Source: a virus
Taxonomy: Duplodnaviria > Caudoviricetes
Strand: one strand, 5' to 3'
Virus record (IMG/VR): IMGVR_UViG_2806311071_000002
Span: 1-64,000 of that record
Length of the DNA stretch: 64,000 nt
Shown here: positions 51,302-59,866 of the stretch, in pieces
Numbering within the stretch: position 1 is the stretch's first letter
Layout of the letters: each line of letters opens with the position of its first letter
Made by a program: the position numbers and the translations under genes
Notes under the pieces: generated by a model
What the model saw: the letters and a program-made list of their open reading frames with translations, nothing else
Database searches by the model: none
What the model was told of the DNA's origin: nothing

Positions 51302-51720
51302 TCCGCGTCCTCCAATAACTCAGGAGTTTCAAAAATGTTTCCGACAACCTCGATTTCATCAAGTCGATACCATAAGAACCTATCCAATTGGCTCTTTTTG
51401 CTGACATGGTTCATTCTGTCGATACCTTTCCGTCTCTCAATAACATAACGGTCAATAACATTTTCTTTGAGTAAAGGATTCACATACGATTCCTCAGTGA
51501 TATCCTTCTGGTATATATCCTTCCCTTTCTTGTCCTTTAGACCTGTGCCCCACATGAGATACGTATTTTTTTGAGTACTAGACGCAATACGGATGGGACA
51601 AAGAGCTCCAACGATATTGCGATACACCCTCCATTCTCTACCCGAGATAATAAGACTCAGCTCACCATCATCCCAATAATGCATCTTCTCGCCGTCCCAC
51701 ACTCTGTATGCGGTGTTCAT
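51298..51720 (-). CDS. yopX: YopX-family protein
   Basis: YRVWD...TGLKDKKGKDIY...EVVGNIFETPELL. Confidence 0.9.
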   Translation of the reverse strand: MNTAYRVWDGEKMHYWDDGELSLIISGREWRVYRNIVGALCPIRIASSTQKNTYLMWGTGLKDKKGKDIYQKDITEESYVNPLLKENVIDRYVIERRKGIDRMNHVSKKSQLDRFLWYRLDEIEVVGNIFETPELLEDAE

Positions 51721-51992
51721 AGGAGCGAACCGTCCATGATAAGGACTTCAATGTCCGGATTGTTGAAAGTTCCTGAAATATAGGTGTAAGACATAAGCTC
51801 CCCATCTTCACCCTTCGTTTGTGAATACATAATGAGCGCATAGTCTCGTTCCACTTCTCGGATTTCATCGTCTTGAAAATTGTCGTAATCGTCCGTGTCA
51901 GCAATCTGCTCGTTGTAAATCCTTTCAGCATCCACCTCGTCTTTCGCTTTGATAAGCGCGTAATATGGATCATTGATTTCATAGAATTTCAT
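51717..51992 (-). CDS. Hypothetical protein, paralogue of 17555-17827
   Basis: MKFYEINDPYYALIKA...MDGSLL. Confidence 0.7.
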   Translation of the reverse strand: MKFYEINDPYYALIKAKDEVDAERIYNEQIADTDDYDNFQDDEIREVERDYALIMYSQTKGEDGELMSYTYISGTFNNPDIEVLIMDGSLL

Positions 51993-52039
51993 TGTTCTTC
52001 CCCCTTTACCTTTCTTGATAAAACTTACATTTTATGTAC

Positions 52040-52282
52040 TTATATTTCATTTTTATCCAACTTCATTTTAATAAAGAATTTTGTATACCCTATGTATTCC
52101 CTTTTGTATTTGCTTCCCTTCTTATCGGAGCCGGCATCAACAAATTCAAAGTATTTTTCTTTTATCGGATGTGCGCACACATAACCAATTTTCTCTTTTT
52201 CTATAATTCTTCTAACTAAACTTACTTTATTAAAATCAGTTAATGAAATTGTATTGTTCATACAGCTTTTTGTTCTAATCAT
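52040..52282 (-). CDS. Hypothetical protein
   Basis: GGAGAGG RBS before MIRTKS. Confidence 0.5.
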   Translation of the reverse strand: MIRTKSCMNNTISLTDFNKVSLVRRIIEKEKIGYVCAHPIKEKYFEFVDAGSDKKGSKYKREYIGYTKFFIKMKLDKNEI

Positions 52283-52574
52283 TGGCCTCTCCTTCTTGGT
52301 CAATTTGTATCTCTGCTATGTACATACCTTCATACGCATAATCGATTATTGAATGAAATAGCCCTACAACTCTTCTCATTTCTTTTTTGTCTTTGTGAAT
52401 GAGAAGTGTATCATATGCGTCTTTTAATTTACTCAACTTTTCATCAAGGAGCATTGCTTTTCTAACTCACCACCAGATACTTATTTTTTATATTTAACTA
52501 TAATTTACGCTACAAAATAATCTTTGTCAATCAAATTCGATCATATTTTTTTCCAGATGACCGAATTTGATTTT

Positions 52575-52793
52575 TCATTCTGCAAATTTAAATATTATTT
52601 CATTGATATGATCCCTTATTTTCACCAGATTTTCTGGTGTTACGGACACTGTTACGTCTACATGTTTGCCATTAAAGTTTAAAAGGAATTGATATTGCTC
52701 TGATGTCAAAATCTTTTTAGTTAGTTTGAGATTAACGGTGTTGTAATCCTGAAGATCAACAAACAATTTCACGTGTTCACCTACAAGCTCCAA
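52575..52793 (-). CDS. Hypothetical protein
   Basis: ORF in operon; start uncertain. Confidence 0.5.
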   Translation of the reverse strand: MELVGEHVKLFVDLQDYNTVNLKLTKKILTSEQYQFLLNFNGKHVDVTVSVTPENLVKIRDHINEIIFKFAE

Positions 52794-52849
52794 CTACACT
52801 GCTGTAATGCACATGCTGTAATTCCATGGAGTCTTCCTATTTTTTTTAT

Positions 52850-53065
52850 TTAAAGTACTTCTTCAGTATTAGATACCTCATATTCAATGTCATTCAATTT
52901 AAATTTCTCAACTTTCCCGTCTGCCTGCAGAAAGCATACTTCCCTGGCGACCATGAGTTTTTCACACAGTCTTTCAGCAAGGCTTTGAGAAACCTCTTCG
53001 TTTTTTGCTTTGTTTTTAAGTACAATTTCTAGATGTAGTGATACATTGTTCAAATAACCTGCCAT
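52850..53065 (-). CDS. yopT: YopT-like protein
   Basis: MAGYLNNVSLHLEIVLKNKA; divergent from the HTH gene as in SPbeta. Confidence 0.7.
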   Translation of the reverse strand: MAGYLNNVSLHLEIVLKNKAKNEEVSQSLAERLCEKLMVAREVCFLQADGKVEKFKLNDIEYEVSNTEEVL

Positions 53066-53111
53066 CCTCATTCTCCTATACTATGTTTTTTCTCTCCGAC
53101 AACCTTACAAG

Positions 53112-53125
53112 GGAACAAGCGTTCT
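53112..53125. promoter_or_regulatory. Putative LexA (SOS/Cheo) box
   Basis: GGAACAAGCGTTCT matches GAAC-N4-GTTC in the yopT/yopS divergent promoter region. Confidence 0.6.
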
Positions 53126-53242
53126 ATTTTGTTTGATAACATTATACAATTAATATGAGTGTAACGCTAGTGGTTATTTGAAGTCATCGTATGATATGTA
53201 TTATGTCTTTCCATAACAGAACTAGCAGGAGGATGTCCGATA

Positions 53243-53467
53243 ATGATTAAAGTTGGGATCGGGCAATGCTTGATACCTGAACTTTGTAGAAAGAAAGACA
53301 TTACAATTAATGAACTTGCTGAAATAACAGGAATCAAAAAGCAGCAATTGAGCGATTATAACCGGATGAAAAAAGTCGAGATGACTATCAGAACAGCTAA
53401 AAGAATCGCTGAAGCATTAGATTGTAATGTGGAAGATCTCTATGAATTCAAGGTTGAACGGCATTGA
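53243..53467 (+). CDS. yopS: Cro/CI-type HTH regulator
   Basis: ITINELAEITGIKKQQLSDY...IAEALDCNVEDLY. Confidence 0.85.
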   Translation: MIKVGIGQCLIPELCRKKDITINELAEITGIKKQQLSDYNRMKKVEMTIRTAKRIAEALDCNVEDLYEFKVERH

Positions 53468-53687
53468 GTTTCGACTAAGACAAATGTCCTGGTCTCCTCC
53501 TGAGTAAACCATACGGTTTACACGACTATTTTACTACATGCTGCCATTGGTGGAAAGAACTTATTTTGGCATATTGTGTCTAGTTTTGTCGAATGTCGAA
53601 ATTTTTCATATGAATATTAATATTATGCATATTTTTTATTTTTGAACATAACAAAACACCCAGCTTTAAGCTGGGCAGGGAAAAAAT

Positions 53688-54680
53688 TTAAATTAATTCT
53701 TCTTCTTTTAAACCTAACTCTTCTGCATAAAGCTTTTTTATCACTTCTTCATTAACGTAATCTTTCATACTGTAAACAGCCCTAGATCTATTACTAACAA
53801 CTAAATTAAAATCATCGATGATCTGGTATCTAACGGCATTATCGACAACGCCTCTTTCTTTATAAAGCTGATACGCTCGATAAAGATGACCTGACCTTAC
53901 AATTGTATTAGGCGTAAGAAAGTTTATTTTAAAGAATTCTGAGATATCCGTAATTAAATTTGTGATTATATGTCTACCGGCTTGCCCTTCATTTTTTCCC
54001 CGAGTTATTTTAGTTTTTATTACATAGTCATTGTCCACCAGGGAGACTTCTTTTGCCCAGCCTTCGCCTCTACCATTTTTCAATTGATACATGGTTTCCT
54101 TTGAAGCGTTTAATGCAATTATGAGACAATCACTACTAACTTTTAATTTGCGATCTCCATTCTTTATGTCATGCAATGTTAGAACATTACCGTTTAGCAT
54201 TGCTTCTTCAATTTGTTGCCGTGAAAGACTAAGAAGTTCGGAGTGCGCCATACCTGAGATACCTTCAAACAAACATCTTAGAACTGCTTTCGATTGATAA
54301 TTGAGCAGTTTTTCTTGCATCTCTTCCAGTTCACTATAGGAGATGTATAATTTTTTACCACCTAAGCACCCATATAGCTCTTCATTCGATATAGTTCTCG
54401 CTAAATTTACAGTACCCTTGCTCAAATTATAAGATGCTGCCCAATCGATATACATTGACAATAATGATAATGTTCTTTTTACACTCCCAATTGTTGTTTG
54501 ATCGAATGATCGTATTAGCTCTAAAATCTGTACTGAAGTGAAATCATAAATATCTTTTTTATAAAGATTTTCCGTTATTTCTGATTTTGAGAACAAGGGT
54601 CTCAACTGGTGAGCTACTGCCTCTGTAACAGAATCTAAATACTTTTCCTTAATATCACTATTGAACATTGCATCAAACAT
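53688..54680 (-). CDS. mrpR: Master prophage repressor MrpR (YopR/SroF), degenerate tyrosine-recombinase fold
   Basis: MFNSDIKEKYL, LFEGISG and IVRSG segments; last gene of the six-gene operon after aimP. Confidence 0.85.
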   Translation of the reverse strand: MFDAMFNSDIKEKYLDSVTEAVAHQLRPLFSKSEITENLYKKDIYDFTSVQILELIRSFDQTTIGSVKRTLSLLSMYIDWAASYNLSKGTVNLARTISNEELYGCLGGKKLYISYSELEEMQEKLLNYQSKAVLRCLFEGISGMAHSELLSLSRQQIEEAMLNGNVLTLHDIKNGDRKLKVSSDCLIIALNASKETMYQLKNGRGEGWAKEVSLVDNDYVIKTKITRGKNEGQAGRHIITNLITDISEFFKINFLTPNTIVRSGHLYRAYQLYKERGVVDNAVRYQIIDDFNLVVSNRSRAVYSMKDYVNEEVIKKLYAEELGLKEEELI

Positions 54681-54688
54681 CTCCTAAG

Positions 54689-56080
54689 CTAATTAAATTG
54701 CTGCTCTATCTCAATTTCTCTGAAGAAGTCACAAATTTTTTGAGGAGCTCTCGGAATACCGTTATTATCAATGACCCCAAGCTCCTTCCAAAGAGGATTG
54801 TCTTTTCTGAAATCAATTGGTTTTAGTATCTCTTCGACCTTATTTTCTACATCATCAATCGATACATCTGATTCCTGTAATCGTTTCGCTAATTGAACAT
54901 AGCCGTTAAAAAACAAATTGGCGTTAACAAGAGATCGCTTCCGTTCGTCTGCAATACTGCCTAAAAATTCATCAATATAAATATTGGCCATAGCATCAAA
55001 AAAGGCACTTAAGTATCTCCCGGTTTTCAAGATGTCTGCTTGATTGCTAAAATCCTTTTTAGAATAGTTGCGTTCAACAGCTTTCTTGAAATCCGAAAAA
55101 GTAATTAACAGGTTTTGCCCGCGGTTGATCCAGTCACTGTTGGTCTTAATGTAATCGCCAATGAGACTGTTATCTTGAATAAACTTAACGATCTTATTCG
55201 AGAAATAATGCTGACTCATCTCAGCAACCTTAGATTTTTTCACTGGGTTTATAGTGTTCTGTTGTCCAAAATGCTCTCTAGCCTGTTTTTGAGTGTAATT
55301 GTATATGTCTACTTTGAACACACGCTTTAGCAAATGCTTTAATTCAGGATGTTGTCTAATAGCAGTGGTTATCCCGATAAGTCTATGATACCCGTCCAGC
55401 ACGTCCAAAATTGTACCTTCAGTTACTGTTAAAGACATATTTTCTTCGTCATATATTAACTCAATTCCTTCATCCGCGCTGCCTACACGTGCATTAAAAG
55501 TGAACATTGAGCTTATTAATTTTCCCTCTTTAAACAACTCTTTAATTTCATCTACTGATTTTTTATTTAATTCAGGAACGGGTATTTCAATATCAGTTCC
55601 TTCAAGTTTCTTGGTTTTATTTGTTCTTTGAGCATTCGGATTATAATGAAGTAGCTTATTTTCAAATAGACGATAAAGCTCTTCAGCAGTAATCTGGAAT
55701 GTTAAATTGCTATCTGAGTATTTAACAGCGTTTTTAAAGGTGTAAGGAAGTTTAATTTCGTCTTCCACTTCACCTTCCCAAAGCGTTTCAATATCCTGCA
55801 TATCGGCTTCAGTAAAATAATTGGCAGGGTTAAACCTTTCTGATTCAAGAATCTTGAATAGGCATTTAGCTAAAAAATACATGTATTCTTTAGAAAGGTC
55901 TAACTCTGGATTTTCTAATTCGTTAATTATTTTTTGTGTTGTACCAGGAGGTATTTTGAACTCCGCCATACCTATTTGGACATCATTTATAAAAGAGCGT
56001 ATATGTTTTTTTTCAGAAAACACGTCTCTCATTTCGGTGAGCAATTTCTCATTTGCAGATTGGTCAAATATTACCGTCAT
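54689..56080 (-). CDS. yopQ: YopQ/SroE, ParB/DndB-like domain protein
   Basis: NPNAQR and VLDGYHRL motifs; operon position. Confidence 0.8.
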   Translation of the reverse strand: MTVIFDQSANEKLLTEMRDVFSEKKHIRSFINDVQIGMAEFKIPPGTTQKIINELENPELDLSKEYMYFLAKCLFKILESERFNPANYFTEADMQDIETLWEGEVEDEIKLPYTFKNAVKYSDSNLTFQITAEELYRLFENKLLHYNPNAQRTNKTKKLEGTDIEIPVPELNKKSVDEIKELFKEGKLISSMFTFNARVGSADEGIELIYDEENMSLTVTEGTILDVLDGYHRLIGITTAIRQHPELKHLLKRVFKVDIYNYTQKQAREHFGQQNTINPVKKSKVAEMSQHYFSNKIVKFIQDNSLIGDYIKTNSDWINRGQNLLITFSDFKKAVERNYSKKDFSNQADILKTGRYLSAFFDAMANIYIDEFLGSIADERKRSLVNANLFFNGYVQLAKRLQESDVSIDDVENKVEEILKPIDFRKDNPLWKELGVIDNNGIPRAPQKICDFFREIEIEQQFN

Positions 56081-56166
56081 TATATCACCTCATATTATGT
56101 TGCTAAAATAAAGTTACCAAAGGGAAACTTTATTATCAAGAGAAAAATAAATAATAATTATTATAA

Positions 56167-57249
56167 TCATTTCTCTTTTGATTCCGATTGGAATTTAATG
56201 AATTTATTCAGTATTGACGGTTCCACTGTTTCAAAAAAAGAAATAAAATCTTCTTTTTTAGCTTCATAAAGAATGTCAATTTCAATGTCCTCATCCATAA
56301 TAACGCCTGCAGCCTTGGATATATCTTTTCTTTTACTCATATAACGTTCAGTGGTTGCTACACTGCTATGATTACCTTGCTCCCTCGCAGCTAATATGTC
56401 GTGACCAGTGTGTTCGTAAACAAAGTCAATACCCACGCCCTTAAAAGAGTGAAATTTCAAGTCCCTCTCAGGCGGTATTCCCAACCTTTCTTTAGACCGT
56501 TTTAGAGAATGTCTTAGAGATTGCTCAGATAGACCTTTAAAAACATAATCCGTGTCGACTGCGTTTTCATCTCTTAGTTCTAAAAGCTCTTCATAAAAAG
56601 ATTTATTGATCCCAGTAGACACCACTTTAGAGCCCTTGTCTAAAACTGAAACCACATAATGACCGGTCGTCGGATCAAGTTCAAAATCAATCCATCTTAA
56701 AACTAATAATGCGCTAAGACGAAAAGAAGTTCTTGCTGCTGCCTTCACACACAGTTTTTTGTGTAATGGTTTTTGACGTTCGTTAATATACATATCTTCG
56801 GCTATAAGATCAGCTTCTTCTTTGTTTGTTCTTCCCCAATTCTTCTCAACTGTTTTCAACTTTCCAACAGAGTCAAATACGCTTAAATCAATAAATTCTT
56901 TGTAATCGTGGTTAAGGTATTTATATAGCATTCTTAAGGATGCTAATTTTCTTTTAATACTCTTATTTACAAGTCCTTTACTTTGAAGATGTTTTATATA
57001 CCCCGCAAGGTCGCTTTTAGTGATTTCTAAATCTTTTTCAGACAAATATTCGATTTCTTTTTCTTTTATGATTCTGAAAAATTGCTTTATATCACATGCA
57101 TAATTTTTTCGTGTATTAGAAACAGCAGTTAAATCCTGAGTTTGGTACTTTGAGTTACCTGAGCTGCTGGCTATGTCTTTGGTGTAGAGAAAGCTCATAA
57201 TATCCTCAAACACCTTGTATTCCTTAATAGGTTTAATTTCTGCACTCAT
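56167..57249 (-). CDS. yopP: YopP/SroD tyrosine-recombinase-family protein
   Basis: TSFRLSAL (R), DKG (K), FHSFK (H; R replaced by K), GNHSS...TERY (H, Y); start MSAEIK after GGAGG. Confidence 0.85.
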   Translation of the reverse strand: MSAEIKPIKEYKVFEDIMSFLYTKDIASSSGNSKYQTQDLTAVSNTRKNYACDIKQFFRIIKEKEIEYLSEKDLEITKSDLAGYIKHLQSKGLVNKSIKRKLASLRMLYKYLNHDYKEFIDLSVFDSVGKLKTVEKNWGRTNKEEADLIAEDMYINERQKPLHKKLCVKAAARTSFRLSALLVLRWIDFELDPTTGHYVVSVLDKGSKVVSTGINKSFYEELLELRDENAVDTDYVFKGLSEQSLRHSLKRSKERLGIPPERDLKFHSFKGVGIDFVYEHTGHDILAAREQGNHSSVATTERYMSKRKDISKAAGVIMDEDIEIDILYEAKKEDFISFFETVEPSILNKFIKFQSESKEK

Positions 57250-57466
57250 CGTCCTGTTCCTCCTTCCGTTTAAATTCGTTATCATCAATAAGATCATCAA
57301 TGGAAACATCCAGTACCAAAGCGATCAGCTTAACGGAAGTTACATCTCCCTCATGCGGTTCATTAATGATTTTCTTGAGTTTATCAATATTAATCATTGT
57401 TTCTTTTGCAATCTGTTCCATTGTGATGTTGCGTTCTTCCATCAGCTTTTTAATTCGCTTTGACAT
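57233..57466 (-). CDS. yopO: XRE-family HTH protein (YopO/SroC)
   Basis: IKKLMEERNITMEQIAKET...IALVLDVSIDDL. Confidence 0.8.
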   Translation of the reverse strand: MSKRIKKLMEERNITMEQIAKETMINIDKLKKIINEPHEGDVTSVKLIALVLDVSIDDLIDDNEFKRKEEQDDECRN

Positions 57467-57516
57467 AGGATCCTCCTTATAAGTTATGTATAATAAGGAT
57501 ATGCCCGCCTCTAGAG

Positions 57517-57849
57517 CTACGGTTTATAAATAAATTGCTCAAATTCAATTGAGATATGTGTTTTTAAATTCTCCATAAAAGCTATAAGCGTAGCATAATG
57601 AGGATTAGATTCTGCAGTTCTAGACAGCGCATCTCCGCCTCTGAGAACGTGCTCTATATCCTGGAGCAATGCTTTCACTTCCATTTTTGCTTTAAATAGG
57701 TCGCTTTGAGTCTTTGCGTTAAGTATGATTTTTCTGATGTCCAAAATACTATTTAGATACGTCTCAACAGCCATATTAGTAAAGTTTTCGTCAATGCTCT
57801 TAGTACTGCTAATTTTCTTCTTAGTAGCCTTTACATCCACTACTTGCAT
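57517..57849 (-). CDS. yopN: YopN/SroB
   Basis: Second gene of the operon after aimP; assignment mainly positional. Confidence 0.65.
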   Translation of the reverse strand: MQVVDVKATKKKISSTKSIDENFTNMAVETYLNSILDIRKIILNAKTQSDLFKAKMEVKALLQDIEHVLRGGDALSRTAESNPHYATLIAFMENLKTHISIEFEQFIYKP

Positions 57850-57854
57850 GGGTA

Positions 57855-58055
57855 CTAACCCTCCTTACACGCGCTCAATAATTTCATATAACCCTTAGTC
57901 ATTTCCTTCCTAACGGTTTCTCCTCTCTTTATTTTTTCTTTTTCTAACTCCTTTTCGTTTGCGAAGAAATCGTTATGTGCAATATTTTCAAACTTATTCT
58001 GATATAAGGTTTTATGTAATGTCATGCTGCTTTGCAAATACTTTATAGCCGACAT
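57855..58055 (-). CDS. yopM: YopM/SroA
   Basis: First gene of the operon after aimP; GGGAGGAG RBS; assignment mainly positional. Confidence 0.65.
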   Translation of the reverse strand: MSAIKYLQSSMTLHKTLYQNKFENIAHNDFFANEKELEKEKIKRGETVRKEMTKGYMKLLSACKEG

Positions 58056-58310
58056 AATTTCTCCTCCCGAACCTATACTTATTTTTTCTTTTTATTTCTA
58101 AATTCATTTTAATGCATTAACCCTAATAAGTAAAGATGTTTTAACGACAAATAGCACATTCTTTTTAATCTTTTTTCGAATGCGCTTGTTTCAATATTTA
58201 ATTATCGATAGTGATTTTTAGGTTTATGTAAGTGCACGGTTACTTGATCTGATGATTTTCCCTTACTTATGCGAAATTGGACTTATCTCGTGATGATCTT
58301 TAAAGCACAA

Positions 58311-58341
58311 AAGACGCCTAGCTCAATGAGCCAAACGTCTT
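58311..58341 (-). terminator. Terminator downstream of aimP
   Basis: aagacg-cctagctcaatgagccaaa-cgtctt hairpin with T-run on the - strand. Confidence 0.6.
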
Positions 58342-58406
58342 CTTGGTTTCATAATTTAATTTAATTAAGTAAATAATATAATCTTCTTAATTATGTGTCA
58401 AGGTTT

Positions 58407-58532
58407 TTATGCGCCTCGTGGCATTCCGGCTACTTCATATTCGCCAGAAGCTTGTTGGCTAGATGTGTTAACTCCTGCAAATGAGACAAAAAGTGCTCCC
58501 AAAATAATTGCTGCCATAACTACTTTTTTCAT
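58407..58532 (-). CDS. aimP: Arbitrium pro-peptide AimP, mature peptide GMPRGA (missed by ORF track)
   Basis: MKKVVMAAIILGALFVSFAGVNTSSQQASGEYEVAGMPRGA*; AAAGGAGGTG RBS. Confidence 0.96.
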   Translation of the reverse strand: MKKVVMAAIILGALFVSFAGVNTSSQQASGEYEVAGMPRGA

Positions 58533-58552
58533 GCTCTCACCTCCTTTCAAGT

Positions 58553-59713
58553 TTACAACGCCAGCAGATTTAAAAGCTGTTCATTCTCTCCAAGCTGCTT
58601 TAACATTATTAACGGTAATCTGATAAGAAACTTGTCATTTGATTTTTTAAAATATTCAATTGATGAGTAGAAGCATTGCTTGTCCATTCTGAGTTTTCCT
58701 TTTAAGTAATAATGCATGGCCAACTCATTATCGTTATGTTCCAAATGATCTAATTGCTCTAGGATTTCTTTTGCTTTTTCTGTATTTTTTTTATTTATAA
58801 GCATATGTGCGTATTCCTGTAAATCAATTATTTCCTTAGAATCTGTGTTTAGAAAATCGTTTTCTTTTTCCCAAACATTGTTTAAAAAACAGAGAGCTTG
58901 TCCCAATATTCTTTTATAGATGTAATTGTCCGTTGAAGCACTTAAACCCTTTAGAAAAAATTCTTTAGCTTGATTGTAATCTGAGAATAATAAGGAATTG
59001 CCAGCAGTTAGATAGCTAAAAACTTGGAACCTTTGGATATTGGTGCTGTCAATTGCTTTCTTTGCATACTCTCTACATTCACTTAACTTGTTCTCATTAA
59101 GTTTGATATTCGATTGTAAAACAAAAACTCGGGTTTGATACAGACTTTTGAGAAAAAGATTTTCTTTAACTTCAGAAAGGTCAACTTGTTTTATTAGTCT
59201 ATCCATTGGAGCAAAGTTGCCTGACTCTAGATAATGGTATAGCAAAGATATACGCGCAAAGTTGTTCATTTCAGTTGTTTTAATATTTAGTCTTCCAAGC
59301 CTTTTTGTCGCCTCAAACTCATTAATATTTCCTTGCGTAAGCTCTCTATGTATCTCGTACACCTTGCCATATTCTTTACTTTTATTATTGCTGCTTTTAA
59401 TCATTAAATTTATCAACCGGTCTTCAATTTCATAAAACTTATTCGCATCTGCATACTCTAAAGCACTTCTTGCCGCTTTAGTATTTGGATCAAGATGCGC
59501 ACAATAGTCCTTCATTAGCTCATTTTCGCGTTCAGGATACTGGCTTTTCACAATATTTACAAGAGAAGAGAATTCATTAAAAGTTTTCCCATCATGATTT
59601 AGGAAATCGTAAAGAGGGTTTGGGTTTTTAAGACCGGCTACCGTTGCCCATTTACTCATGAGTGATTTATCATTTTCTAAATCTTTCCGCATAGCTATTC
59701 TTATAAGCTCCAT
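58553..59713 (-). CDS. aimR: Arbitrium receptor AimR (HTH plus TPR)
   Basis: 386 aa; MELIRIAM...KWATVAGLKNPNPLYDFLNHDGK N-terminus; upstream of aimP. Confidence 0.96.
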   Translation of the reverse strand: MELIRIAMRKDLENDKSLMSKWATVAGLKNPNPLYDFLNHDGKTFNEFSSLVNIVKSQYPERENELMKDYCAHLDPNTKAARSALEYADANKFYEIEDRLINLMIKSSNNKSKEYGKVYEIHRELTQGNINEFEATKRLGRLNIKTTEMNNFARISLLYHYLESGNFAPMDRLIKQVDLSEVKENLFLKSLYQTRVFVLQSNIKLNENKLSECREYAKKAIDSTNIQRFQVFSYLTAGNSLLFSDYNQAKEFFLKGLSASTDNYIYKRILGQALCFLNNVWEKENDFLNTDSKEIIDLQEYAHMLINKKNTEKAKEILEQLDHLEHNDNELAMHYYLKGKLRMDKQCFYSSIEYFKKSNDKFLIRLPLIMLKQLGENEQLLNLLAL

Positions 59714-59837
59714 TCGTTTCCCCTCTTTTCATATGTTCCTTTATTTATAATCTTATAATACAGAATAAACACAATCTCGTCAACGATATAATGCTTATTT
59801 TTTATTTTTATCTATTTAAAATTCGTATTTTATGAAG

Positions 59838-59865
59838 ACATGATCCTCTTAATGAGGTCATGTCA
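59838..59865. terminator. Hairpin at the 3' end of the three-gene operon
   Basis: gacatga-t-cctc-ttaat-gagg-tcatgtc inverted repeat. Confidence 0.55.
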
Positions 59866-59866
59866 G

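Larger units (their letters stand above)
7706..59812 (-). promoter_or_regulatory. Dispersed A-rich element (- strand ~AAAAATAAAAAATAAGTATA), SPBRE-like probable MrpR operator
   Basis: + strand TATACTTATTTTTTAT-type copies near 7706, 21232, 36988, 37017, 52477, 58075, 59793, each upstream of a - strand transcription unit. Confidence 0.55.
2917..59833. repeat. Dispersed 18-bp palindrome WTAAAA-N6-TTTTAW at gene junctions
   Basis: Exact copies start at 2917, 10423, 18414, 18734, 20207, 21976, 23536, 37498, 42061, 44384, 46979, 49995, 52018, 59816; one-mismatch copies at 4587, 4782, 6418, 17525, 20977, 40862, 47868, 49240. Confidence 0.8.

Noticed and set aside
53688-57309. YopR or YopP as the prophage integrase
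   Set aside because: They lie in the internal lysogeny operon more than 50 kb from att; YopR lacks catalytic motifs and matches the repressor MrpR
58056-58400. aimX ORF and canonical AimR operator
   Set aside because: No convincing ORF with an RBS; the best operator-like match (58258-58294) has several mismatches
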